In this document: positions 1-12,700 of the stretch, one piece after another
How positions within the stretch are numbered: position 1 is the first letter of the stretch
Layout: each line of letters starts with the position of its first letter
NCBI GenBank assembly: GCA_964016885.1
Contig: OZ024740.1
Span: 408,704,001-408,768,000, forward strand
Direction of reading: 5' to 3'
DNA length: 64,000 nucleotides
Source of the DNA: Eledone cirrhosa
Lineage: Eukaryota
Position numbers and translations under genes: made by a program
Notes under the pieces: model-generated
The model's database searches: none
The model's input: only the letters and a program-made list of their open reading frames with translations
Told to the model about the DNA's origin: nothing

Positions 1-157
1 ACGTTGACGCTGTTGTTGGTGATGTTGAACGTTGTTGTTGGAATAGTCGTGTAGCTGCTAAACAATGGGTTGTTGTGTAACCCTAGGTCAGCTCTAATCC
101 AATAGGTCTATGGTACTCAAGTACCTGGCATAGCCCTTAGATCAAACTTATCAGATA

Positions 158-1060
158 CTAGCAGTGGTACCCGGCGTTGCACGGGATAAGGTATTTTGTA
201 ACGCGGGCCGCCAATAGACCTAAAAACTGCATGCCTGGACAATATGTAAAGAAAATAAACCGAATACTCTGATGGCTGGATAATCTTTAAGATTTTCCTC
301 GATGAAGCAGGAAAAATGCAGGTTTTCACCTAGGGGATCAAGAAAATGAATTTTTTTTATGTGCATAATATGCCTTGAAATTTCGGGGAAATCGGCTAGA
401 CGTAACGCCTCTAAAAAGCCCTAAGAAGCTGAAAAAAAATTAAGTTTTTCACATAATGCGGGCCCTAGGCCATAAGAAAGTTGGATTTTCTTTGCTTACG
501 GTATGAAGAAGAGACTGACTTATACATAGTTACAATTTCAAGGAAATCGGTCTGACGTAACGCCTAAAAAAAAAAAAATGTTAATCAACGCAGTTTTTCA
601 CCTAATGCGGTAGGAGATTTTTAAAAAAAGTTGAATTTTATGTGCATAACACTCCCTGAAACATAAGTAATACATATGTAAAGTTTGAAAAAAATCGGTT
701 GGGTACTTCTCGAGTTTTAGGGATTCAAACTCACACTCACACACAGACATCCTCAAGGAAGTGACGTAAGCAGACAGGCAGATATACAGACAGATATTAT
801 AAGGGCGCGAGGTTATAAGTATGTATCTATCTAAAAAGAGAAAGACTAAGAATTATAGAGCGAGATCGCTAAATCGCCTAATGTGGTCCCTGGGGCATAG
901 AAAATCTGAAATTTTGTTTTGCTCAGAACACTCCCTGAAACATAAGTATTACATGTGTAAAGTTTGAAAAGAGTCGGGTGGGTGGTTCTCGAGTTTTAGG
1001 GATTCGAACTCACACACACACACACACACACACAGACATCCTCAGTTTTATATATATAGA
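158..1060 (-). mobile_element. Non-autonomous Helitron-like element
   Basis: The minus strand starts TCTATATATATAAAACTGAGGATGTCTGTGTG. It ends with the hairpin CCCGTGCAACGCCGGG (170-185) followed by CTAG (158-161), the canonical Helitron 5'-TC / hairpin-CTAG-3' termini. There is an internal duplication (about 650-755 and 929-1045). Confidence 0.7.
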
Positions 1061-1550
1061 CTAGCATAGACTAGTGTATATACTGATATTGTTGAGATTT
1101 GGATGAGAAATATTTTCGGCACCACATGTTCACCGTCTCTCGGTGTGTCTTTTATGCATGTATAAATATATATGTTATCTATACGGTGAAATCTTTGAAA
1201 TAAATATATGTTAAAACGAAAAAGGAGAAAAAGAGATTAGTGACGGAAATATAAACGTTATGATATAACGATGGAAATATATCTTCAAATGGTCCTTGGC
1301 ATGGTGTCAAGTCAGAACCGCCTCGAACTGGTTACTTCTGGCTTGTGCAAGGTGTCTCTATAGCAACCAGCGATTCCCTCGGCCTCAGTGACCAAAGTCA
1401 GTGGAGAGGGGAAGGTAATGTTTCTATAGCGACAGTGTTTCTCTTGCTAGCACCAAAGTGGAGAAAGGAAGGGGAAGGTAATATTTCTGTAGCACCTACA
1501 TTTGAGTTTTAGGGAAGGACAGACAGACAGACAGACAAACAGAGAAATGC

Positions 1551-1628
1551 CCATATATTTCTGTGTGTGTATATATATATATACATATATATATATATTA
1601 CACACACAGAAATGTATATATATATTTC

Positions 1629-1673
<45 letters not shown>

Positions 1674-2351
1674 CACACACAGAAATGTATATATATTTCT
1701 TAGAACAAAATTATTATTAATGTTTTGCTGTTCATAACAATTGGAATTGAAAAATTACTTTTGAAATTATTAGTTATTTTACTAATGCTTAGATATGTAA
1801 AAATGAAGCAATGTTTCTAATAATTGTTTCTACTTTTGGCACAAGGCCAGCAATTACCCAGTACATTACTGGTACTTTATTTTATCGACCCCGTGAGGAT
1901 GAAAGGCGAAGTTAACCTCGACGGTATTTGAACTCAGACCGTAAAGGGACGTAACTCCATGCTATGAAGCATGGTGTCCGACTCTCTACAGATTCTGCCA
2001 ATCCACTGCCCTAATGTCTGTACGTAATGAGGGAGTGAGAGGGGAGAGAAAGAAAGGCAGAGGTGAAGTGAAGAAGTGACTCTCTCCTCCTCCTCCTCCT
2101 CCTCCATCTCCCCATTCGTCACAGCGATAGAGGGGAGGAATGTTAGTGTGTTACAAAGAAAAAGAGTGAGAGTGAGAGAAACAGACAGACTAAAAGAGAG
2201 AGATAGCTGGAGAGAGAGAGATAGCAACAGATACAGTACAGTAGCTAAGGGATGTATATATATTTCTGTGTGTATATATATATACATTTCTGTGTGTGTA
2301 ATATATATATATATATATACACACAGAAATATATATACATTTCTGTGTGTG

Positions 2352-2385
<34 letters not shown>

Positions 2386-2590
2386 CACACACAGAAATGT
2401 ATATATATTTCTGTGTGTGTGTATATATATATATATATTACACACACAGAAATGTATATATATTTCTGTGTGTATATATATATATATTACACACACAGAA
2501 ATGTATATATATTTCTGTGTGTATATATATATATTTCTGTGTGTGTATATATATATATATTACACACACACATAATGTATATATGTTTCT
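1551..2590. repeat. Self-complementary minisatellite arrays (1551-1700 and 2250-2590) within a Helitron-like (CAGA)n-ended element
   Basis: The tandem unit TACACACACAGAAATGTATATATATTTCTGTGTGTGTA is separated by (TA)n. Ends of the form CAGACAGACA...GAGAAAT occur at about 1520-1550 and 2730-2772. Confidence 0.75.
1826..2012 (-). mobile_element. tRNA-derived SINE, family A
   Basis: The minus strand has an A-box-like GGATTGGCAGAATC and a B-box GAGTTCAAATAC. These are followed by the conserved body GCCTTTCATCC..GGGGTCGATAAAATAAAGTACC, shared with about 10 other copies in the window. Confidence 0.85.
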
Positions 2591-2799
2591 GTAGCACTCC
2601 TCAATTCCCCCCTCTCTCCCTCCCGCTATTCCCCTCTTGTAGTCTGTCTCTTTCTTTCACTCTCACTCTCTCTCTACGCGTCGCGTGCGCAAAAAACATT
2701 CGCACGCGCGCACGTGTTTCCACTGTCGGACAGACAGACAGAGAAATTGCTGGTTATATATTATAAGGAGATAACATGGCTCGTCCTAGCTAAGACTGC

Positions 2800-2972
2800 C
2801 AGCTCTGGATTAACGATTAAGCAAAAAGCAAGTGCTTAGGACCTCAATTAGAGAGTGGCCCTAAAGAGTATTCTTGCGGGGGAGTATATTGGAGTTTCTT
2901 CCATATACAGTATAGAGGAGTACCATAATCCTTTCGATGCTTGGAGTCCCTAAAGTTCTTAATCCGACCCTG
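2800..2972. mobile_element. hAT-like MITE
   Basis: TIRs are CAGCTCTGGATTAA / TTAATCCGACCCTG. The 8-bp flanks AAGACTGC / CATACTGC match at 6/8 positions. A related copy lies at 17983-18189. Confidence 0.6.
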
Positions 2973-3126
2973 CATACTGCCCTCTCTAGAAGTGATTATT
3001 CTCAGTAGGAACACTCTTGCAGTCTAAATAAAAGAGTCTCTACGCCTTTCCTCGGTCTCCTAGAATTAGCAGTCAAATCTTTCAAATGTTAGCTTTCCGT
3101 TTTAGAACTGTAGTAATATAAATAGT

Positions 3127-3245
3127 AGCGGTGAATTGGCAGAGTCGGTAGAACGTCAGATAGAATGCTTTGAGGTATTCATTTCAACTCTTAGCTCTCT
3201 GAGTTCAAATCCCGCCGTGATCAACTTTCATTAAAGGTCGATTTA
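3127..3245 (+). mobile_element. tRNA-derived SINE family A, partial
   Basis: GCGGTGAATTGGCAGAGTCGGTAG...GAGTTCAAATCCCGCC (A and B boxes). Confidence 0.7.
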
Positions 3246-3547
3246 AAAAAATATCAATCTAGAAGTGAGGTCGTTTCTTCCTATGTATGTCATTCTCACT
3301 TCCATTCTCTCGCTCTTTATCCTTCTCTGGAATAAATCTGCTGTATCCAGACATGAATATAGTGGCACTAGAGCCCTTGCTTTCCCTTCCTTTTCCGTGT
3401 TTATATTTTATTATTTTACATTCCATTCTTTCTTCTCAAACTATTTTTTTTTTTTCTATTGTTTTTACTATCATAAACATTAATAAAGATTTGTATCATT
3501 TTCCATCAAAAGAGAAGAGGATAACGGGCATAGGAAGATCATTGTTG

Positions 3548-3650
<103 letters not shown>

Positions 3651-3693
3651 CATATTACATATTACAGAATCGGAGACGAGCTGACATACAGAA

Positions 3694-3778
3694 GCATATC
3701 TGCTGATCTTTCGAGTCAGGTTCGTTCAATAATAAGTCGTTCTTCGAGCTGATCGATAATGAAACATATGTAATATGT
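3694..3778 (+). ncRNA. Degenerate type I hammerhead motif in a Penelope-type 3' end
   Basis: GCATAT-CTGCTGA(3700)...GAAA(3761)-CATATG-TA-ATATGT. The core has A6 changed to C. It is related to the 6218 / 62651 family. Confidence 0.5.
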
Positions 3779-3829
3779 TATTAACTATGTTATGATGCAA
3801 CACTGAATCTTTGTTCCTTTTCTTATAGT

Positions 3830-3887
<58 letters not shown>

Positions 3888-4113
3888 TGTAATATGTCCA
3901 ATAAATTCCTTTCGTCGCAACACTGATTCTCTTTTTTCTGTGATATATATATATATATATATATATATACGTTATTCCGGGTTGAATCGGAGGTAACCAC
4001 AGTAAGTAAGGTACTCAATGCAAAGCAGAGTATAATTCTGAGTATAATTCTGATTCCTGATTATTTCTAAAGAATGAAACAGTTCTAGTCCTGTAGAATC
4101 TCATCTATATTAA

Positions 4114-4150
<37 letters not shown>

Positions 4151-4240
4151 TTAAGCAAAACAAGACCACAAATTTCACAAGGAAGACATTATTAAAAGAT
4201 TGTCAACATATTTTAATTTGATGTAAGGAATGTAGAGTCC

Positions 4241-4359
4241 GTTTACAATTGTTTTACTACTCCATATAATATTTCTGGATCAGATGACTATATATCATTA
4301 TTGATCTGGTTCAGTTGAAAATAATTAACATATTTAAAAACAGAGCGGCTCATCGGAAC
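4241..4359 (-). ncRNA. Degenerate hammerhead-like motif
   Basis: The minus strand reads GTT-CCGATGA...AAAA-CAATTG-TA-AAC, with U4C and G12A variants, in a (TA)n-flanked insert. Confidence 0.35.
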
Positions 4360-4488
4360 TTCAAAGGAATATAAATTAAAATACGCTTTGGCTTCTAACT
4401 AATTCACCAATCTCTCCTCTCCTATCTCCATCTCTCTCTTTAAGATTGGTTACTCATGAACTGTATATATATATATATATATATATTA

Positions 4489-4577
<89 letters not shown>

Positions 4578-4579
<2 letters not shown>

Positions 4580-5530
4580 AAATTAAGATAAATTAAATGA
4601 ATTTAATCTAAATCAAAATTATGGGTGTCATGCCAGAACGGCATGCGCCATATCACCCGGGAAATAAGCTCAAAGATTCTATCGAGTAGGTCCGAGCATT
4701 TTAGAATAACTAGAAATTGATTAACATATATATAAACATGAATAATCACAGGAGATAATTTTTACAAGTGCGTAACCACACATAGCTAGGTAGGTAACTA
4801 AATAAAGTTGACTAGAACTTCAAAAATAGATACCTTATAATATGATTAATTTTCCCTGTATATATTCCATTAAAGAAATATATTTCACCAATTAATCAGA
4901 TGGTAAATCACGGAAGTGGATATTTTTGGATTTTCAACAAGGAAGAAAAATTTCCAGCAATCTATGTTTACACTACGAGTTCAAATCTGCAACTGGCTAT
5001 TACCACGTGTTGAATTTACACATCATAGCAGCTTCGTCTCAGTGGCGTGAATAGGGTTATCGATAACTAGAAACAGCAGTCGATTACTTTCAACAGAGTT
5101 AGCTCTACAATTAAGGAGCCGTATTTATATATCTATATCCAAAATTAAGATAAATTAAATGAATTTAATCTAAATCAAAATTATGGGTGTCATGCCAGAA
5201 CGGCATGCGCCATATCACCCGAAAATAAGCTCAATGATTCTATCGAGTAGGTCCGAGCATTTTATAATAACTAAAAATTGATTAACATATATATAAACAT
5301 GAATAATCACAGGAGATAATTTTTACAAGTGTGTAACCACACATAGCTAGGTAGGTAACTAAATAAAGTTGACTAGAACTTCAAAAATAGATACCTTATA
5401 ATATGATTAATCTTCCCTGTATATATTCCATTAAAGAAATATATTTCACTAATTAATCAGATGGTAAATCACGGAAGTGGATATTTTTGGATTTTCAACG
5501 GCGCATGCCGTTCTGGCATGACACCCATTC
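4578..5530. repeat. Direct duplication of a ~360-bp unit (4578-4938, 5140-5498) plus a short inverted copy (5500-5530); probable Penelope pLTR remnant
   Basis: The two units are near-identical and begin CAAAATTAAGATAAATTAAATG. GGCGCATGCCGTTCTGGCATGACACCCAT at about 5500 is the reverse complement of 4621-4649. The region is flanked by (TA)n. Confidence 0.7.
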
Positions 5531-5535
5531 AGGAA

Positions 5536-5584
5536 GCTTCCTGAAGATTTCATCTGAATGAAACAGTACTAGTCCTGTAGAAGC
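5536..5584 (+). ncRNA. Hammerhead ribozyme-like motif
   Basis: GCTTC-CTGAAGA(5541)-TTTCATCTGAAT-GAAA(5560)-CAGTACTA-GTC-CTGTAGAAGC. It belongs to the same family as 3970-4115 and 29715-29900. Confidence 0.55.
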
Positions 5585-5593
5585 TCCTTCTAT

Positions 5594-5647
<54 letters not shown>

Positions 5648-5774
5648 TTTGTATGGCCTTTATAACCTATGTTTATTGCTCTGGTCTCTTTAGCCTATGG
5701 AGCGCTTGCCAGCATGACTCGGAATTTGCGTTGCGTTTCGCTTTTTCTACCCGCCGAAATGCCATTCTCGTTGA

Positions 5775-5843
<69 letters not shown>

Positions 5844-6113
5844 TATGTACTGCTAGTGTCCTCGTTTTACGAGTAACTTTCTACCTTAATGCCTCTTTAA
5901 TTATTATACTATTCCCTTGTAATCTCTGTCGCATGCATTCCACTCTGTGCCTTATTAATTTTTAATTTTAATTATTGTACAATTCTCTTGTAATCTATGT
6001 CGAATCCATTCCACTCTGTAAATACGAAACTGTTGTTGACAACATAAATATCCATGTATCTATACGATTGTTCAGTTGAATAGGAGGTTAATTATATGTA
6101 CAAATATTGCTAG

Positions 6114-6158
6114 TGCTCCGATGAATCCAAACGAGTTAGGAAGAAACGATTGTCAGCA
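6114..6158 (+). ncRNA. Minimal type I hammerhead motif (U4C variant)
   Basis: TGCT-CCGATGA(6118)-ATCC...GGAA-GAAA(6143)-CGATT-GTC-AGCA, with stem I TGCT/AGCA. Confidence 0.55.
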
Positions 6159-6217
6159 ATAAAATGATTTGAACATAGCTTTGATTATTATATAATTTAT
6201 ATATATATATATATATA

Positions 6218-7068
6218 TCAGAAAAAAGAGAATCAGTGTTGCGACGAAAGGAATTTATTGGACATATTACAATTGTTTCTTGGGCAACCAGCTCGAGGCA
6301 CGATCGATGTGGTGATCAAACCTGACTCTGAAATCGCGCGGTCCTCGGATACGTCTCGATTCTACGAAGCAGATTTTCCTATTGTCCTTTAACATAGAAT
6401 TCCTTCGTTTGTTGATTTAGATCCCGTTGTTGTCATTCCATCAGTGGTCAAGAATTGTACACGTCACCGGTATTTCTAGCCACTCATGGTTGCCCACTGC
6501 TTCGTTCTTCTCGTTCTCCACCTGTCAATCAAAATTTCTCCATATATCAGAATTACTACTGTGGTGGTAAAGGGGCTGTAATCTTGAACGGCTGGCATCA
6601 CTTCGACGTCTTCATTGCCCCTAGGGGCCCTATTCCACAGCGGTCAGGTACACACCCGCAATTATGCTGTATGCGGCAGTCGTTGTAAATAATGTTATGG
6701 TGTTTGGAAGGGTAGTCAACGGTTACAGTTATACTCTGGTGTATGGAGTTAGCTATCTGCTGGATACTCTCCATTGTGCTATTTTCTAATTCATGTGTAT
6801 TAGTACTCTCTTGTGGGGGTGTTCTTATTACTATATTAATATCGTCTATGTAACGAGAGTACATGACGGGAGTTATGGAGTTCTCTTCTATGAGTTCTAG
6901 GAGTCTCCTTTCCCACCATACCATAAATAGATTGGTAACAATGCCAGCTATGCTGACGCCAATGGCTGCTCCTTCGTTCTGGGTGTAGATTTTTTCATTA
7001 AATTTTAAAATATGGCTTTTTAGGGTAGTTTTAATACTAGCCCCTATTGCATGTGCGACCATTTTTCT
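6218..7068 (-). mobile_element. Penelope-like element fragment (partial RT joined to a 3' end with a hammerhead motif at 6261-6355)
   Basis: The translation ILKFNEKIYTQNEGAAIGVSIAGIVTNLFM...YSRYIDDINIV is a PLE RT motif 4-5 region. The 3' end matches 3886-3945 and both arms of 62651-62966. Confidence 0.8.
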
Positions 7069-7101
7069 CACACACACACATACACACACACACATACACA
7101 G

Positions 7102-7165
<64 letters not shown>

Positions 7166-7166
<1 letters not shown>

Positions 7167-7692
7167 ATCATGGTTTAGCAAATAAGAAAAAGTTTCAAAA
7201 TAAAATTTAAAAAATTAACTTTACTTACTATGGTTACCTTTACCGAATCGGTTTCGAGTCTCAAAAATAAACGGAGTCCATACGGCATCTGTTGCAAAGA
7301 AAAACTCTCGTCAGAAGGATCTTTTCACTCGGACTCTTGGTTGAGAAAAAAATTTGGTCGTTCTGACTGCTGCTAGTTATAGCGGGAGCCGACTGACCTC
7401 CCTGCCTCTGCCTCTATCTTTACACACGGCACTTGAAAGAATTGATTCCACTTCATTTACTCTCATCTCGGGAACAATTTTGAATAGCGCCAGTTCGTAA
7501 TTTGAACTCGGGAATTTTATATTCTCCGAGTGAAAAGATCCTTCTGACGAGAGTTTTTCTTTGCAACGGATGCCGTATGGACTCCGTTTATTTTTGAGAC
7601 TCGAAACCGATTCGGTAAAGGTAACCATAGTAAGTAAAGTTAATTTTTTAAAATTTATTTTGAAACTTTTTCTTATTTGCTAAACCTTGATT
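7166..7692. mobile_element. Fold-back element (168-bp inverted arms 7166-7333 / 7525-7692), Penelope pLTR-derived
   Basis: The arms are near-perfect reverse complements, flanked by TA repeats, and each contains a hammerhead motif. Confidence 0.85.
7540..7621 (+). ncRNA. Type I hammerhead ribozyme, canonical core (mirror copy at 7237-7318, minus strand)
   Basis: CCTT-CTGACGA(7544)-GAGT...ACTC-GAAA(7603)-CCG-ATT-CGG-TA/AAGG. Stems I, II and III all pair, and the cleavage triplet is GUA. Confidence 0.85.
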
Positions 7693-7801
7693 ATATATGT
7701 TCTGGCTCGTTAATTTATTAACCTGCCATTGAACCACATTGGCATATGGTTGGACAATACATGTGTCCCTTAGCGCCTTGTGCGTGTAGGAACATATACT
7801 C

Positions 7802-7845
<44 letters not shown>

Positions 7846-7855
7846 CATATATATA

Positions 7856-7929
<74 letters not shown>

Positions 7930-8011
7930 AAAGTTCTATTTAAAATTGTTGGGATACAAGTAAATATTTTATAACTGATATAAAGCACTCGACAAGTTTT
8001 TGGAGTAGATA

Positions 8012-8286
8012 TACGATATTAAATAAATGGAAACTATATTTATAAAACCATATTTATTTCATTATACATATTTCAGGGATACCAAATTAAAATATGGTAT
8101 GCCTTCATCAGACAAAATACAATATATAAACAGTTTTATAAATAATTTTGACGTACCCTATTAAATGCAACCATTATTTTTGGAAGCTGTCTGGATACTA
8201 TCCATATTTTAATTTGGTATCCCTGAAATATGTATAATGAAATAAATATGGTTTTATAAATATAGTTTCCATTTATTTAATATCGT
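8012..8286. mobile_element. Fold-back element with a hammerhead on the minus strand (8055-8119)
   Basis: The inverted arms are about 8012-8100 and 8200-8286. The minus strand reads TATTTTGT-CTGATGA-AGG...CCT-GAAA-TATGTA-TA/ATGAAATA. Confidence 0.75.
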
Positions 8287-8293
8287 TAATATC

Positions 8294-8433
<140 letters not shown>

Positions 8434-8933
8434 TTGAGGTTGGTAATGGCACATGGAATATATAAGAGACAGAATACTTTTTTGTGAAAAAACATATAAT
8501 TTTATAAGGTAAGGAAATAATAAAGGGTATAAAAAATGACCGGTTTCGATGGGTCTGCAAAAGCCATCTTTTCAAATGTTGATTAATATTAAGAAAAATT
8601 AATAATACGAAGAGTTAAAATTTGAGATTTGAAAATTCAAGTATAAAATTCATTGTGGGATTTCATAGTAGTTTTCATCTTGGTAGCAGCTCGTTGACTG
8701 CTTCTGGTAGTGAATGAGAAGTTTTTTGGGGGTGTGGGTTATTTTATAAAGGTCAAATTTAGCAATGGCCAGATGGCCAGCTGCTGGTCAGTGAGGGGGT
8801 GGAAGCAATATACATACATATATCTTCCTGTGCTCGGTAGGAGAGGGGAGATTGATAGAAAGGGATTTAGTGCACTTACACCTATATATACACACATACC
8901 TTCATCCACACATACATACATATACATATACAT

Positions 8934-8992
<59 letters not shown>

Positions 8993-9064
8993 CACACATA
9001 CATACACACACACATACATATACATACACACATACACACACACATATATGCACATACACACACG

Positions 9065-9096
<32 letters not shown>

Positions 9097-9135
9097 TATA
9101 TATACATACACATACATCCAGATACACACATACAT

Positions 9136-9167
<32 letters not shown>

Positions 9168-9263
9168 GTGTACATACATATATATACACACATATACATA
9201 CACATATATACACACACCCACACATACATACACACACACATATATATACATACACACATACAA

Positions 9264-9296
<33 letters not shown>

Positions 9297-9799
9297 CACA
9301 TACACACACATATATATATACACACACACACACATATATATACACATACGCATACATCCAGATACACACATACATACACACACACACACACACATGCACA
9401 CACAATACATACATCCACATGCACACACATACACACACACACACATATACACATACATACACCCACACACAGAGAAATGGCCTCCAAATATATATATATA
9501 CATACATACACATATATTGTTTCCATAATATAAGAAGTTAGGGCAGTGAAATTAAAATACAAGTCATTCTGATCACATTGAGTTCTTCATGTAGATTGGG
9601 CCCCGCAACCGACAGTGGTGAATTCTGTGTGCGCATATATATATAGATATATGTGTGTGCACGTGCAGGGTTTAACATGGATGTGTTGGTCACACAAAGG
9701 CATGGTCTGTCAACGAATAAACCTGATTCTACAGAATTGGTCTCTGGTCTTTAATAGTAGTGATTCCGTGCATATGTGTGTTTATATTTTATGACAATT

Positions 9800-12700
9800 C
9801 TATTGGGGTGATAACCCGTTTAGTTTTGGTTTAAATTTGTTAAGGAATAGATTTTCTTTGTTTATTCTTTGTTGCTGTGGGAACGAATCTGAGCACTTGT
9901 AGAAGGGGAAGATTTTAAAGTTGGGTAGTGTCATTCCTGCGCAGTTCGCAATATGGCTGCTCAAGGGGATTTTTCTTGTGCTAGCGTCCCGGATTTGTTG
10001 GCGGTGGATGGTCATTCTTTTGCGTAATGAGGTGCCCGTCTGTCCTATGTAGTTGTGTTTGCACCCACCGCAAGTTATTGCGTAAATCAAGTTCTCCGAG
10101 TTGCAGGTGAAATTGTTTTTTACTGTAAATGTTTGGCCATCTTTAAATGTAAATTTTTGTCCTTCAGTGAGGTAGAGGCACGTTCCACAGTTTGTTCTAC
10201 CACATTTGGTAACTGTAGGGTTGAGGATTGGTTTGGGTATATTTGGTCCAGTGAGAATGCGTTTTAGTGATTTGGGTTGTCTTTTACTTTTAAGGATCTT
10301 GTGTGTTTCAAGAATAGACTTCATTTTTACATCTTTAAGTAGGATGGGGAGGTTTTTGTGTAGGTGATCAAACATTTCGGTATTTCTGGGGTTGAAAGTG
10401 GATACATATGGCAGGGTGTTGAGTGTGGTTTTCTGTTTTGGATTGTTAAGTTGATGGGGATTTAGGTGTTTTGCCCTGTCTATTCCATTGTTGATTATTT
10501 CAAGTGGAAAGGCTCTTAAGATAAGGGTGTCTTTTAGTTCCTTTAGTCTTTGCTCCCGTTTAGGTGGATCTGATACTATGGTACATATACGTTTGGCCAA
10601 ATTGTAAGGAATGTTAAGTTTTGTATGTTTTGGGTGACTTGATGTGAAAAAGAGGTATTGCTTGGAATCTGTGGGTTTATAGAATATATCTGTATCTAAT
10701 TTCCCGTCTATTACAGAGATGAGAATATCCAAGAAGGCTAATTCCTTGGGATTGGATTCCATTGTGAATTGTATGTTATTATCTATGTTGTTTATCATGT
10801 TTTTAAACATAGTAAGTGAGTTCATGTCTTCTTGCCATAGGATAAAGCAGTCGTCTAGATATCTTTTCCAATTGGCTTTGAGGTGTGTGTGGAAAGAGTC
10901 TCCAAATAAGAGAAGGGACTGACTGTATATTTGTTGTTCATGGAATCCCATGACTAGGTTGGCATATGTGGGTGCTACTTTCGTGCCCATTGCCGTACCT
11001 GATACTTGTCTGTATGTTGAACCATTGAATGTGAAGTAGTTATTTTGTAGGATAAAGCGGAGTCCGTCAGTGATAAAATCTTTGTTGATGCGTGTCGGTA
11101 TTTCTGATGGGTGTGTGTTAAGCCAGTATTGGACTGCTGTTATTCCATAGTTGTGGGGTATGTTTGTGTAGAGGTTTATTACGTCAAAGGAGACAAGAAT
11201 TGTATTCGCACTTACTGTTTTAGGGAGGTGTTTCAGCATGTCAAGGTCATCTCGTATGTAGCTCTGTATATGTCGTAGAAAGGGTTTCAGTAGGATGTCC
11301 AGAAAGTTGCTAAGTCTGTGGGTTTCACATGTAGGGCCTGCTATAATTGGCCTGAGTTTTAGGTCTTCTGGTGGTGTTAGTTCAATGTAATTGTTGGTTG
11401 AGGTGTCACATGCATCGTTTATGGGTTTACATTTGTGGAGTTTCGGTAAGCCGTAAAAAGAGCTTGTATTGCATTTGAAGTGGCTTATATAGTTAAACTC
11501 TTTTGTGGTTAAGCTGTTGCGGTATTTATTCAGTAAGGTCAAAAGGTTCCCCATTGTTTTGGTGTGTTTGTAGTTTTCTGTTTTTTCATAGTATGTGTTG
11601 TTTTCTAAAATGTTAAGTGCGAGAGTCCTATAGTAGTCCGTATTCATAATGACAACAGTACTGCCTTTATCGGCTTCTTTGATAGTTATCTCAGGGTTGT
11701 TTCTAAGTGTGAATAATTCTTCCCATTCGTGTGTAGATAGGTTTGATTTCGTGTGTTTATTTGTAATTTTTTCATAGGGAAAGTTGGTGATGTGTTCGCA
11801 GTACGTGTCCAGTGCTTTATTTCTTCCCTTTTGTGGGCAGAAATTGCTTTTATTTCTAACCAGTGATTCGTCTTCAGTGTTAGTGTCGTTGTGGAAGAAT
11901 TCCGTTAGTCGCAGCTTTCGGCAGTATTCCATGATGTCATCCTTCATTTCGGGGAAGTTTGGTTTACGTGGTGTAGGTGTAAATTTCAGGCCCTTACTTA
12001 AAATGTTGATTTGTGTGTTGGTTAGAGGTGTCTTTGAGAGGTTGATTATTTTTTGTTTCTCCTGGGGGGGGGGGCATCGAGTATCCTGGTATTTCAGGCT
12101 TTTCCCTAAAAAAGGAATGTAGTTTTGTGTGTGATTATATTTTGTTGGTCTGTTGCGTGTGGGTCTGTAGCTTGTTGTTTCATGAGGATGAGTGTGATGG
12201 TGGGGGTGGTATGTGTTGTGGTTGTTGATGAGCAAGGGTTCTGTTGTTGGTTCATGTGGTCTGGGTGCGTTATTTCTGTGGTACAGAGTGTTGAGGTTGG
12301 GGGGTTGTCTTTTGTTGGATTGAGGGTGATGTCTGGTGTGGTTGTGGGTAAGTTCTGTTGTGATTTCAAGTGGTCTGGGTGGATTTATTCTGAGGAATGT
12401 GGTGTGTGTGTTGCGAGTTGGATCTATGTTATTTCGTCGTTGGTTTATGTAGGGGGCATTTCTACGGAAACCTGTGTTGTGGTGGTTGGGTGTGTTTCTT
12501 TTGGTGTAGTTGGCCGTATTTGGTTTGTGTTGCTGGGGGATGTGCCTGTGGTTAGTGTGTGTTGGGTTTGGTGGTGTAAATGTGTCTGTTGTAGTTCTTG
12601 TTATGTTCAAATGCTTTATAAAGGGGTTACCTGTTTGGTGCGTCCTTTTAAAGTCTTCTTCATATTTGAGGAACCAGTTTTCGGATTTTTCCCACCGTTT

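Noticed and set aside
2250-2590. Repeat-spacer pattern resembling a CRISPR array
   Set aside because: The spacers are just (TA)n, the context is eukaryotic, and there are no cas genes.
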